A stretch of DNA of 63,747 bases, filler included, from Octopus bimaculoides (GCF_001194135.2; 4 parts of 4 records of this genome joined end to end with filler, not necessarily neighbours in it); one strand, 5' to 3'; shown: positions 11,122 through 25,029, counted from the first letter of the whole stretch. Notes: generated from the letters alone by a model not told the origin. Translations and numbers: made by a program.

Positions 11122-12875
11122 ACTTGTCAAATGTAACGTATGCAAAAGCTTATATATATTCATCATCATATTACCTTAAATTAAATAGGTCATCTTGGTA
11201 AAGAAATTCCCAATAGTAATGGTTATTTGGTATAGTTGTCAAAGAAAGTAAATTTGTTGGCCATTTCAAGAAATTCAGCAGCTTATATTAGAAGTATTTT
11301 ACACAGTAAAATATCTGGTAAATTTGGTAAATTATTTTGTCAGTGAGCAATTAGTAGGCAATGGTAAATAGGCTGATACCTTTGGTTTTTTAAAGATGTC
11401 TCTTAAGCCGGTTTTTTTTTATTTTGTAGATAGTTATATGATTAATCACGGCTATTTTGAGTGCATGTTGTTTTGTTCAAGAAGTGAGAGTTAAATGTTC
11501 ATATCTACTTCTTATGGCTACTCAAGTGATATATTCTACTCAGTTTCTAGCAATCCAGTCTGTTGATGCAAATCAAAACTATCTTTTAAGGAGCTTTCTT
11601 GCTTGTTTTCTCCTTCTTTGTTTTATTATCACTCTTTTAAAAAAAGGCTTCTTATTGAATTAGCTTACCAGAGATTATTAGAGGACATTGCAATGCCAGA
11701 TCAAGATCTTAGTATTTTTGTTAGTGGAAAAAGGGGTTAAATTAGCAGGAGCATTTTCAGTATCTTGGTGTCTCTCTTTAATGGCTTGGCTGTTTTCTCT
11801 AATTCTAATTTCATTTTCTTAATTGTATTTTACTGTAGTAGCCTGACAGTTTTGAAGTTTGTTCGGGCTGGGTAACGTGCCATTGGTAGGGATGAGCTTC
11901 AGTAGTCTGGCAGTTTTGTTTGCACATATGAAGATGCCATGAGGGTAGGGCAGCGAATAGAGCTTAAGGAAAGCTGGTCTATTTATTTGGCATGTATCAA
12001 TTTCTAGAAGAGGCGTAGTAGTAAGTTTACGGTTGACTAACAGATTGGAGTAATGATTGTTGGTCACAATAGTTGGAGTGATGGCAGTTGTCGGTTGTAA
12101 TTGGAGTAATGGCAGTTAATCGTATTTGACATGGGAAGTTTAGAGAAGTGGGGCATGAGTGTGAGAATTCTCGGTCTAGTTATCTGACTTGTTTGCTAAC
12201 TTGGGCAAATGCATATAATAATAGCCACAGCAGGAATACCAGTAATAACAAGCTTAACTATTCAATTTAAGTTTTGTATTGTAAACTTTGACATTCAGCA
12301 TAAACTATTTTTTCTCATTAGGAAAGTGACTGTATGATCTTTTACAGGGTCTACAAGACTGGTGGTAGGGAGAGAAAAGGGTCTTTTCCTACAGAGTGGA
12401 TTCTGCTAAAGGCACCCTAGGTGCCAGGTGGTGGTTTTAAACTGGGTAATGGATTAGGTTTACCACCTATGTAGGCCTCAGCAGGATTTGAACTCAGAAT
12501 ACAAAGAACAAGAAAAAATACTGTGAGGAATCCAGTCTGACATTCTTACAGTCCCATTACTCCACTGTCCTGCTTTGGTATATTTTTTTTATCAATCCTG
12601 AAAGGGTGAATGTTAAAAATGACTTTGGTGAGATTTGAACTCCAAGTGCTGAGAGTTAGAACAAATACCACAAAGTGTTCTATCTGAAACTCTGACTACT
12701 ATGCCAGTTTGTCACCAGTAGATATGATATTGAACAAAGAATTGCATTTATCCTACCTTGGGTTAATTAAAATATAAATAATTATTCCAGCTATGTTAAG
12801 TGGTAAATCAAAATTATATACTTAACATGACTGGTACATTTGTCAGATTGTTTTTGCTATTTTGGTTGGGTTACT

Positions 12876-13000
12876 CATCATCATCATTTAACATCGGTTG
12901 TCCATGCTGGCATGGGTTGGATGGTTTTTCCAGCATACCAGCCCGGTCAAACCATCCAACCCATGCCAGCATGGACAACGGACATTAAATGATGATGATG
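12876..13000. repeat. Inverted pair of family C 3' ends (52-bp arms, 21-nt loop)
   Basis: 12876-12927 is the reverse complement of 12949-13000 with 3 mismatches. Both outer ends are (CAT)/(ATG) tails. Confidence 0.95.
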
Positions 13001-13661
13001 ATAATGAGTAACCCATAAAAAAAAAGAAACTATATCAGGCATTAGTTTTTCAATTATTTATCCTATTTTTTTTTATTCTACTCGTACTGATGCAAGATTA
13101 TATTTCTAGTATTTTGAAGAAAGACTAAATCAAACATGCCATGTCACCAGTTATATAATATAGATGGCATTTGAATTTTCACCATCCCATCTATTCAAAG
13201 GAAACTTGGCAATTGAGATATGAAATAATTCTCTCTGACCAAGTTGCTTTTGTGAGTACTGGTGTTTAGAATAGGTATACACTGTCCCTATTGTTGTAAG
13301 AAGTAACTAAAAAGAATGGCATCAGGAAAGATATCCAGTCACAAAACACCATCTCTAAATATCCCATCTATTTCATACTCGCATGGAAAAGCAGAAGTAA
13401 AAAAGAATGACAATGATAATATCCTTGACGCCATATTGAATTATTTATTTTGTTTTCACTTATGTAAAATTGGGTGTATTTGCTTCTTTAACTTTTTATG
13501 TATTTATTGTTTTCTCGTGCTCTGACCTATAATTACGTCATGGGTTTCAAGAAAGAGAAAAAAGTTCTGTAGGATAAAATGGGTTAAATACTTTGCATGT
13601 CATATAATCTCTACTTGAATAGGTTTAAGCATAAGAAACAGTTTTAATGTTATTCTCTCAT

Positions 13662-15017
13662 GATCATCATTGTTTAACGTCTGTTTTCCATGCTGGCATG
13701 GGTTGGATGGTTTGACTGAGGTCTGGAGAGCCAGAAGGCTGCACCAGGCTCCAATCTGATCTGCCAATGTTTCTGCAGCTGGCTGCCCTTCCTAACACCA
13801 AGAGTATAGTGGGTGCTTTTCACATGCCACTAGCACTCTCTTTACATTTTAGAAAACATAAGTTTAATGAATTACTTGAACATAAGGCTAGATAGGCATG
13901 CTATGTAAAGAAATTTGGTTATTAAACACAAGGTTACAGGTTCAATCCCACTATGCTGCATCTTGAGCAAGTGTCTTCTAGTATGGTCCCAAGATGACCA
14001 GTGTGATAGACAGAAAGTGAAAGAACTCTGTGTGTGTGATCATCATTGTTATCATCATCATTTAACACCCACCTTCCATGCTGGTATGGATCGGACAGTT
14101 TGACAGGATTCGATGGGTCTGAGTACTGCATTATGCTCCAGTGTCTACTTTGGCGTGGTTTCTACATGTAGATGTCCTTCTTAACACCAACCAATTTACA
14201 GAGAGTACTGGGTGCTATTTTTTCGTAACATTAACACTAGTGAAGTTGTTGTGCAGCCTGCAAGACTAAGATCTCCTTTGTCTGAATAGGGCTACAGTAA
14301 ATAGAGGTAGCTTTATTCTGGGATTTGAGAGGTTAAGCTTTGAAAGATGGGACCAGAACAGAGCTATGAAAGATGGGACTTTGTCAAAGAGGAACTACAT
14401 GTTTGCTCATGTTTATAGAAGAGTGAATAGGAGTAACTGAAGAGGAATTGAAAAGGGAGTTAGAATAGTAGGAGTGAAGTGTCTTGAGAAATCTTCAAGG
14501 TACAAAGTGAATAGAAGTGAGTAAGCACAGAAGAACAGGAGTGTGTGTAGATAGAGACAGCAAGAATGCATGAAGAGGGTGAAGGTTATTTAGATTTGGG
14601 GAATAGCTGACAGGGTGAATATAATGAATATAGTTATCATTGTCATTTAACATTTACTTATCCACGCTCCCATGGATCAGATGGAATTTGTTAAGGTAGA
14701 TTTTCTATGGCTGGATGCCTTTCTGTTGCCAACCCATTACCTGTTTTCAAGAAAGTAATATTTTTTTATAGCTAGACATGTTTCCCAAGGAAAACTGGAA
14801 AGAAATAATCTCACTTGTATGATGATGATGATGATGATGCTCATTTTTAACTATCGCTTGATGTCTAGACAAGGACCCCCCCCCCACAGTTTCTGCATAC
14901 CAAATGCACTCACAAAGCTTTGGTCTGCCTGGGGCTATAGTAGAAGACATTTGCCCAAGGTGCTACACAGTGGGACTGAACCCTAGACTACATTGCTGGG
15001 AAGCTTCTTAGCCACAT
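13662..15017. mobile_element. Cluster of decayed family C and SINE A fragments
   Basis: Family C on minus at 13662-13835 and 14050-14240. SINE A heads at 13895-14040 (+) and 14890-15017 (-). Confidence 0.65.
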
Positions 15018-15117
15018 NNNNNNNNNNNNNNNNNNNNNNNNNNNNNNNNNNNNNNNNNNNNTTAATTAATTAANNNNNNNNNNNNNNNNNNNNNNNNNNN
15101 NNNNNNNNNNNNNNNNN
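15018..15117. other. 100-bp scaffold gap with artificial TTAATTAATTAA spacer (also 32116-32215 and 44350-44449)
   Basis: The identical 12-mer, which gives stops in all six frames, sits centred in three exactly 100-bp N runs (15062-15073, 32160-32171, 44394-44405). Confidence 0.9.
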
Positions 15118-15172
<55 letters not shown>

Positions 15173-15487
15173 ACTAGGCAAACAAAACTCAAAGTGCGTA
15201 TCAAATCAGCAAATCGGTGTGTTTATTTACTGAAACTTATACACGGTTAAGCAAATGTTAGTTGAGTTACATTCAATGTGCAAATGTCTCGAATATAGCC
15301 GTTTGAAGAAAATATGCATTATTTAGCCCGAATTCATCTTTCTGGGACATCTAGAAGTTTTGTGACTTTTTGTGACTTCAAACAATTTTTAAAGAGAAAA
15401 GTTCCCGTGAAGACATGCAAATAGATATCGGCTCCGAGAAAAAGAATATATAATGTATGTAAAGAACATGGGTGGAAAATTGAGGTA

Positions 15488-15612
15488 TGTTATGTCTCAA
15501 TACTACACAGTGATTCTGTGAGCTACGAAATCCTCGTCGCCACTGTTATATCGCAATACTACACAGTGGCTGTGTGAGCTACGAAATCCTCGTCGCCACT
15601 GTTATGTCTCAA
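15488..15612. repeat. 56-bp tandem repeat x2.2
   Basis: TGTTAT.TC.CAATACTACACAGTG....TGTGAGCTACGAAATCCTCGTCGCCAC at 15488-15543 and 15544-15599. Confidence 0.9.
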
Positions 15613-16311
15613 CGCTACTGCTATCTAGCACCTTCGGATTATCTCTACTCAACCGCTACACAACTGCTACTCGACTGCTACTCNNNNNNNNNNTGTTATG
15701 TCTCAACGCTACTGCTATCTAGCACCTTCGGATTATCTCTACTCAACCGCTACACAACTGCTACTCGACTGCTACTCACCACACCTACCACGGCCAGACT
15801 ACCTCTATTTATATGTCTTGGGAGATCCTACTTCTTCGCCTAGGGGCGTCGACACAACAAGGTAATTAATATACAACGGAAAAATTCCTCCCTTATCAAT
15901 TTCGTCAAAACTTTTCAGTGTAAAATTCCACAAAGAAAGGCTTGGAAACTGTAGTTTATTTTAAATTTATCAAAGGTTTACAAATACACGCTGTTTCACA
16001 TAAATCTTACACACATATATTAGTAAGTGTGTGTGCATGTGTGAGCTAAACTCATCCTTGAATTGCAGATGTACGATGCATAGGATGTGATTCATAAGTG
16101 TGTGAGAATAGGAGTAGTATCATTATTGTTATTCCCACACATTAAAACACCACAACACTCTAACGACGAATCGCTGGCCCCGTACATCTGAGAACTCACG
16201 AATAAATCTAGTGCTATTTTTAAAATAAAGAACTTTTTCGACATACGGTGTGTGTTATAGTATCTTAACTTAAAGTGAGGTTCAGCCAGTTTCAAAACGG
16301 GTCTATATATA

Positions 16312-16414
<103 letters not shown>

Positions 16415-16448
16415 TATGTGTGAAAGAGAGAGAGAGAGAGAGAGAGTA

Positions 16449-16504
<56 letters not shown>

Positions 16505-16834
16505 AGGTGGAGAGTTGGGAGATGAGTAGGAATATAGGGCAGATAGTATTTGAATGGTAGTCAGTTGTGTTAGATTTATCAAAAGGGATAATAGCTATAG
16601 AATTATTGGAAATTGAGATAATGTGAAAAAGGAATGGGGTTGAGTTGGTGGTCAAGATAGCAGTGCTTAGTAGAATAATGAACGTGGGTTGGGATGGCTG
16701 GAATGCAGAGGTGTACCTGTCCACCTCTCTCTATCTCCTCTCATACCTTTCCACATGCCTTAATAATCTACCTCTGCCACAGAACTAGACACTTTACTTC
16801 TCTCAAATAATTGCCATTCCTTTTATATGCGTAT

Positions 16835-17700
16835 ATATATAGTTGGAATTTACAAAAAACAAACAAAAGACGAAGACGGGTGTGTAAACAACAAACAGGT
16901 GTATTAGTTTNNNNNNNNNNNNNNNNNNNNNNNNNNNNNNNNNNNNNNNNNNNNNNNNNNNNNNNNNNNNNNNNNNNNNNNNNNNNNNNNNNNNNNNNNN
17001 NNNNNNNNNNNNNNNNNNNNNNNNNNNNNNNNNNNNNNNNNNNNNNNNNNNNNNNNNNNNNNNNNNNNNNNNNNNNNNNNNNNNNNNNNNNNNNNNNNNN
17101 NNNNNNNNNNNNNNNNNNNNNNNNNNNNNNNNNNNNNNNNNNNNNNNNNNNNNNNNNNNNNNNNNNNNNNNNNNNNNNNNNNNNNNNNNNNNNNNNNNNN
17201 NNNNNNNNNNNNNNNNNNNNNNNNNNNNNNNNNNNNNNNNNNNNNNNNNNNNNNNNNNNNNNNNNNNNNNNNNNNNNNNNNNNNNNNNNNNNNNNNNNNN
17301 NNNNNNNNNNNNNNNNNNNNNNNNNNNNNNNNNNNNNNNNNNNNNNNNNNNNNNNNNNNNNNNNNNNNNNNNNNNNNNNNNNNNNNNNNNNNNNNNNNNN
17401 NNNNNNNNNNNNNNNNNNNNNNNNNNNNNNNNNNNNNNNNNNNNNNNNNNNNNNNNNNNNNNNNNNNNNNNNNNNNNNNNNNNNNNNNNNNNNNNNNNNN
17501 NNNNNNNNNNNNNNNNNNNNNNNNNNNNNNNNNNNNNNNNNNNNNNNNNNNTATAGTTGAAATTTACAGAAAAAAACAAAAGACGAAGACAGGTGTATGA
17601 ACAACAAGGTGTATTAGTTTGATGCTCAGTTAAGTGAGAAAGTCTTTTACGTTTCGAGCTTACACTCTTCAGCAGAAAGGAACATGGGGAAAAAACAGAG
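16835..17700. repeat. Two similar copies of an interspersed repeat end on either side of a gap (possibly Penelope-associated)
   Basis: TATAGTTG.AATTTACA.AAAAA.CAAAAGACGAAGAC.GGTGT.T.AACAAC appears on both sides of the gap. The downstream ACGTTTCGAGC..A..CTCTTC motif is reminiscent of Penelope-like termini. Confidence 0.4.
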
Positions 17701-17872
17701 AGAGAATTAAAAAAAGACTTGTGGATTTAGCGATCAATATATAGTATATTATGGACTTCAATGAGTAAACGTGTCAAAAGATTCTACGACACTAACGATT
17801 AACAGTAACTGGGAGCCCATCCACTAAACGAATGGGCCCTCAGTTATTTAGAAACTCAGTATGTCTATACAT

Positions 17873-18690
17873 GCAGTGGTGTCTCTATATACGAACATAA
17901 TCCAATCCGGAGCACTGTTCGTTAAACAAAATATCCGTTTCAAGAGTAAGTGAAACACTTAGCACTTGGTATGATCTGTTTCCAACCACACCTACACTCT
18001 ACATAAAAGTATGAAATGATGTTTTATTTGTTCATCCATTAATTGCAAATACTTTAATATACGTGCGTATGGGCGCGTGCGTATGGAAACGTGCGCATGC
18101 GCATGCGCTTTTTCCTTTGTCTTGCCTTCGTCAATTCATAGTTGGTTTTAGTAAAAAGTATGAGAAATATTATTTTCTATATAAAATATGAAAATTTGCA
18201 AACAACATGAAATACCTCCACGGATGTTAATGAACCATTTCTACCCTCTCTTCCAGACAGTTATATGGTTCGTTAATGCTGTTATTGTACTCGTTTGTTA
18301 TTGTTCAAACTTCAGTTTCTTCAGAAAACTGTTCGCTATAAAATTTGTTCATTTAGCATACGGTTCATACGTGCTTTCCCAGCACTTATATATGTGCGTA
18401 GTCTATCCCTTACTTGCTTTTCAAATTTTAGCTCGCTAAGCTGTTCATAATTTGTTCAACAAAGTTCATACAGCGATGTCTCTATATACGAACATAATCC
18501 ATTCCGGAGCACTATTCTTAATTTCTTCAACAAAGTTCAGGTCGCTCAGCGAATGAGCGCCCGGTTACTTGCACGTGAATAGTCAGCTTGTGATTCGTTG
18601 ATTAAATATTAGCTCGTTATGCGAGTTTACTCTTCTTCAGAAAAATCGTTCTTTATTCAACTTGTTCGTTTAGATAACCATTGGAATGTG
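17873..18690. mobile_element. Pogo/Tigger-like MITE remnants
   Basis: CAG.G.TGTCTCTATATACGAACATAATCCA.TCCGGAGCACT occurs twice (~17873 and ~18471), with inverted GTTCG-type subterminal segments downstream. Confidence 0.4.
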
Positions 18691-18700
18691 GGTATTCCAC

Positions 18701-18731
<31 letters not shown>

Positions 18732-18848
18732 NNNNNNNNNNNNNNNNNNNNNNNNNNNNNNNNNNNNNNNNNNNNNNNNNNNNNNNNNNNNNNNNNNNNN
18801 NNNNNNNNNNNNNNNNNNNNNNNNNNNNNNNNNNNNNNNNNNNNNNNN

Positions 18849-18919
<71 letters not shown>

Positions 18920-18940
18920 CATGCGTACATACATACACAC

Positions 18941-18985
<45 letters not shown>

Positions 18986-19493
18986 GTGGAGGTCGACTCG
19001 ACACCGATGAAGACCACTTCTAAATTCATTTCATACTAAGAAATACTTTCCATTTTCTAAATAGATAGATAGATACATACATACATACATACATACATAC
19101 AGAGCAGAACTTTAGCAAGGCTATCGATAAGAGACCATGTTAAAATGAACTAATTACACACCTAAACGAAATATCTTGACCCTGTAGCAAGACTCCAGGA
19201 CAAACAGTTATACTGATATGAAATTGTGTCAAAAACCAGGTTGCAAAGGGGTAGCAAAAATTTTGATATCACAAAAAATATTTGAAAAGTTAATATAACA
19301 GATCTTGTGCGTTTTTAAACCGCTAAAAGAGCTTTATCGCTATGTAAATGCTTCATATAACTATATATGTATGAGGGTGTGTATGCGTATACGTATGGGT
19401 ATGTGTGTGTGTGTGTGTGTGTGTATGTGTGTGTGTGCTTGTGAGTATATATGTTTGTATATTTAAGTATGTGCACATGTGTACACGCGAGCG

Positions 19494-19533
<40 letters not shown>

Positions 19534-20197
19534 TTCAACATGTTGCTTTGTTTTTAAGGAAAAGTCTGACATTTACTTCGAGGACTCGGCTTAGTTGAAT
19601 TTGTGAGTTTGATAAAGGCTGCAATTGAAATATGCGAAGTAACTGTAAATTCTGTACCTCTAAAAGCATAATAAATGTGATAATCTACTGAAATGTACTG
19701 AGTAATCCTTTAATTAAGGTTTAAGTTGTTTTTTAATATACTGATATATATAATAAAACCTTAATATATTGGGTGTCACCCCCTACAAATCTATACGTAC
19801 ATTGAATGATTATAAAGGCAGTGCTTATTTCAATAGCTTTCATTGTCAAATTATAACAGAATCTACAAACAGAATTTCAATTTTTATTGATGTGTCTTTC
19901 CAAAATGATTACCGTTCTCGTTCAAGCGCTCTTGATAACGCGAGGCAATGGAATGCAAAACATCAAGAAACGTTTCTACCGAAGGGAAATTTATCTCTCT
20001 AGCACAATTTTCTTGAATTAAGACATCAAAATATGAACATATAGATGTGATTCGTCCTTATATATATGATCGGCGTTGTTTAAGTCACCTTGTAGATGAC
20101 GAGAAGGCATAACCAGGAGTGAAATATCTATAGAGATGGTGTGCAGATGAGAGGAGAGAAAGAAAGAGAGAGAAAGAAAGAAAGAGAGAGAGAGAGG

Positions 20198-20279
<82 letters not shown>

Positions 20280-22284
20280 TGGTAAAGAGATTTGTAGTCT
20301 AGTATGAGGGCAGAAGAAAAAGTAAGATAGAATAATCCATATGTAGAAAAATAGTTATACGGGTGGTTAATCTAACTCCAGACATGAGATTTAACAGATG
20401 CATCAGATGAATTTAATAATTTCTATTCAACCATCTTTTCAGCCAGGTATTCATTGGTGCATTTATTTATTTATATATTCTTTTTTTCTATTTGATCCTT
20501 TCTCTTCTCTTCTTCTCATATGGTCCCATCTCTCACTTTTCCTCTGCTCTCATACCTATACTACAAAACCCTTTTCCTCCCTTTCTCTCTCTTCCTTGCC
20601 CTCTCTCTCACTCACTTTCCCATTTCCCTCTCTATATTTATTTCCCTCTTTCTGACCACATCCTCTCCTTATCTAGTAAGTGATATAAAATGCTTTAACC
20701 TATTTGTTTATATTTTGATGTCTTAACAGATGAAATTTTGCTTGAGAGACAAAATTCATTTTTTTATCTATTGCGCAATTATCTGAAACGCCTGTATTAA
20801 ATGCATGTATAAAATGCATTCAGAATCTCATTACTTGGTGTGTGTGTGTGTGTGTGTGTAGACATTACCGACGTCACTTAGTTAATGTGCGTATTTTGTT
20901 TATGATCTTATTTGGCTGTGGAATTCGTACGATGAAAAGACCCTTTAAAACGTCGAGTGTTAAAAAACACTAAACTTCCAATCCATGTGCGACGGACCGC
21001 CCTGTAGGTGAATCAGAACGATGGATATCGATATTTCGTTATTATTTCAGCTCGTCAGCACCGCATACCCGAGTCACCCCGAAATGAATTCGCCGCAGAA
21101 TTCAGGAAACCGGCCGTAAGAACCAATACCTCAGGAAGGACCATTGATCCACACATACACACACACACACACACATACATACACCCCCCCCACACACACA
21201 CACACATACATATATATATATTGATGTATAGAAACATATGCATATATATATATATATATATATATGAGTATATGTATGCATATATTTCTATACATCGGTA
21301 TATATACTCAAATATAAGCATACATATAGACATACACATACATTCATACATGCGCGTGCACGCACATGTATATATATATATATATATAGATCTATGCGTG
21401 TATAGATACATATTACATATTTCACATTTAGTTCTCTATATTCCGCTTGAAAGACGTGTTTACTACATTAACTATTCACTTAAATTTTTCATACAATATG
21501 TAAGCATTGCTCCAGCATGGCCTTGTAGTAACGAAATGAAACTAAATAACAGAGAAGGTTAAACTAAATGACAGAACGGGTTATATTTTGACACTTCACT
21601 TTCTTTCCTTTTTGGTCTTTCTGTAGCTCCACCCCCCCCCCCACCACTTTCGTTTTCTGTCTTCATTTTATTTCTTTGCTTTTTTCTTGTTTTTTTTTTT
21701 TACATATTTTCTTCATACTTTTTGTCCCTCTCTCTTACTTTGTGTCTCACATTCCTGCCTTCCTTCCTTCTTTCTTATTTTCAACTTTTTCATTGCCTTT
21801 CATCTTATTTTCTCCGACCTACCCTCCATGTCATCATTCAATGCAGGCCTAATATTTAATTCAATCCTTTTGATATATTCTCTTGTTATTCAGTTTTTAA
21901 AAATATATTCTGTTTCTCAGTTGAATAGCGAGACAATGGAGAACAGATTTACATATTAACAAAAACAAAAAAAAAAGGATATAATACAAATATGTAATTA
22001 AGATGAATTGTATAAGCATATATGCAAAACAGGAAGAGAGAATACAATCACCTATATATCCATTCGCTATTTCCTTTAATTACACTTTCTGATCGAAATA
22101 AATGGATTACAAAATACAAACTGCATTTCTGCACAAAATTTATGTAATTAAAACTACTTATAATGAAATTCGGAAATAGAAATTATCAAATTTAGAAACA
22201 AAAGTGTTACTAAAAGTTTCCATCAATAAAAGTAGCGACCAATATAGAGACTAGAGAGTCGAATAAAACAATATTACTAGGGAT

Positions 22285-22830
22285 TAAGGCGTCGAGCTGG
22301 CAGACACGTTAGCACGCCGGAGTTCAAATTCTGCCGAGGTCGACTTTGCCTTTCATCCTTTCAGAGTCGATAAATTAAGTACCAGTTGCGTACTGGGGTC
22401 GATTTAATCGACTGGCCCGCCCCCCAAAATTTCGGGCCTTGTGCCAAGAGCAGAAAAGTATTACTAGGGGTTGATTTTAGCTTTCATCTTTCCTCGGTTG
22501 GGAGGATAAAGTACCAGTAAACTACTGTAATTGCTTTAATCGGCTGTACTACCCATTTTCTAAATGTATGCTTTCGTGTCTATCTCAAAAAAAATTATGA
22601 TATAGCATCACTAAGACGGTAAGCTGGCAGAATCGTTAGCGAGCCGGGCAAAATGCTTAGCGGCATTTTGTCCGTCTTTACATTTTGAGTTCAAATTCCA
22701 CTGAGGTTGACTTTGCCTTTCATTTATTCGGGGTTGATAAAATAAGTGCCAGACGAGCTCCGTACTCGATGTAATCGACTTACCCGTTACCTCAAAATTG
22801 CTGGCCTTGTGCCAAAATTTGTAACCAATA
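22285..22830 (+). mobile_element. Tandem SINE family B copies (22285-22460, a degenerate middle piece, 22615-22830)
   Basis: GGCG.CGAGCTGGCAGA...GAGTTCAAATTC..C.GAGGT.GACTTTGCCTTTCAT...GGCCTTGTGCC. Confidence 0.8.
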
Positions 22831-23596
22831 TATAGCACCTCTATGAAAGAAAATAAACATCTACCACTTATGTCGTCGGTTTGTGGTCACGTAAAAGGAA
22901 AAATATAATGATGGACAATAGTCAGAAGTGCAAGAAGTACATTGAGCACATGACACAAGTTTATTTGAAGATGATTTAAGCTGAAACCAGTCAATTGTAC
23001 AACGATTTGAGCGAACTTAGCATAGTACGCAATTGAAGCCAACCCCAGATTAATTTTTGCTTCAGGTGAGATGGATTTCTGCACCTTATGAGTATGACTG
23101 TAGAATATGATGAGATAAAAACTGCAAGTGTGGGAATTTCAGCTTGTTCTGCTACTTACCATATATTCTCCTAGTCTTTACAAGTAATAAGACGGTCAAC
23201 AGCCGCAAGAAACAAAAGGACAAAACTTGAAATAAGAATTGACCCCATAGAGTTATAATTTGTTTGTTAGTGAAGTTGTACCACATCTCACAACCGTTCG
23301 AATATGAATTACCTGTCATTACTTAATTCAATTTCTTTGCCCTCATAATTTGTGAACAAATATACCACTTCTTATATTTTCGTTGACCTCATATACTTTC
23401 GCAAGAAGGTATGCGTATGAGGCTCCGAGTAAATGATATAATAGCACCACGTGATCAATTAATAACTTATTTCGCCACACAAATAATTTTCATTGTAGTC
23501 ATGGATTAGCATTTGCAACAACAAAATCGACACAATGGGAAGAATAGTTCTGTAGGCTTTTACGAATAATTGATTTAAAGAAGCTCAGTAATTAAA

Positions 23597-23860
23597 CATA
23601 GGTGCAGGCGTGACTGTGTGGTAAGAAAACTGAAAGAGGCTTGTCGTGTGTGTGTGTGTGTGTGTCTTACCACCTCTTGACAACCAGCTTTTGGTGTGTT
23701 TACGTGCCCGTAACTTAGTGGTTCACCAAAAGAATCCAATAGAATAAGTACCAGGCTTAAGAAAGAAGAATGAAAATAAGTACTGGGGTCGATTAGTTTG
23801 ACTAAAATACCACGAGGCGGTGCTCCTGCATGGCCACAGTCTAATAACTGAAACAAGGTA
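23597..23860 (+). mobile_element. SINE family A with internal deletion
   Basis: Head TAGGTGCAGGCGTGACTGTGTGGTAAG joined to internal (GT)n and the tail ...GCATGGCCACAGTC...TGACTGAAAC. Confidence 0.75.
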
Positions 23861-24386
23861 AGAGACAAAATATACACATTGTGTTAATGTCGTAGATCCG
23901 TGACTGCTGTCTACAAGGTTGAGTAATAGTCATAAGAATGACTGCTTAAATCAGCGAGTAAGTGAATCGGTCAAACTATGCACAAATAATCTCGACAAGG
24001 GTGAAGCCGACACCCCACCCCTGGACGTCTACGACATTGTGTGAAGTTGGGGCTAACAACATGCCAGTTTATAACCCTTGTACAGGGACGTTCCAGAAGG
24101 GTCTAAAATGACCTGTCATGTGATGTTTGGCTGCTGGTTTGTCAATAACTAAATTGAACTCGGTTTCGAGTCTTGCGAATTTTTTTTCTTTTTAACTTTT
24201 GAAGTTGCTGCCTCAAATCACAGTCGGTCAGCCTTATTTACAAAAATTCATGATCTTAGGAAGAAACATCTAGTTGACACTCTCTGCATTAAATTCAAAC
24301 CCTTCCACTCACTCGCTAACTAAAGTAACATTTTAACATAAGTTCGATTACACGAAAAGAATTTTCACATTTTGTTTTTATTTTAT

Positions 24387-24944
24387 CCTTATCAGTATTG
24401 TTGTTGTTGTTGTTGTTATTGAGTGAGAGAATAGTGCATACCATCAAAGTGACATTGGGGTAAAATATACGAAGCCCAGTATACCCATCATGACTACCAG
24501 TCTGAGAAGGGTAGACCAGACACATGCTTCACAACCATATGTGCGTGACATGGTGATTTCATATTAAGAGTAACAGCACATCACCTTGCGGGCCGAGTAG
24601 CCCATCCCATTCAAAAGGTCCCCGATTAATGGTTGTTTAAGGCTGATGAACGAAACACCCATGTTTCCAGAGGTGAATTATCCAAACTCCAAAGAATTCC
24701 TCTCAACACATGACTATGATGCTCCCTCGCAACTTTTGATGCACATAGATGCACATATAGTCAGCCATCAAGAACAATAGTCAGCTGGTTAAGATCAAAC
24801 AACTGATAAGCAAATCTGTGACATTGAGCAGAATATTTGCTGTAGCCCATCTTTTATACCAAGACAAAACAATGTACATGATAACACTTCCAATCAGTTA
24901 AGATGAGAAGCCATGAGGGCCACTGCCTGCTACTGCATCGGGGC

Positions 24945-24945
<1 letters not shown>
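24387..24945 (-). mobile_element. Retroposon 3' portion with (CAA)n tail, family unassigned
   Basis: (TTG)n tail at 24387-24420 and a non-coding body that stops at the (TTA)n tract of the neighbouring LINE. Confidence 0.35.

Positions 24946-25026
<81 letters not shown>

Positions 25027-25029
<3 letters not shown>

Noticed and set aside
15600-15777. ~80-bp direct duplication around a 10-N gap (a similar case at 60190-60290)
   Set aside because: Typical of unmerged contig overlaps, so probably an assembly artefact.
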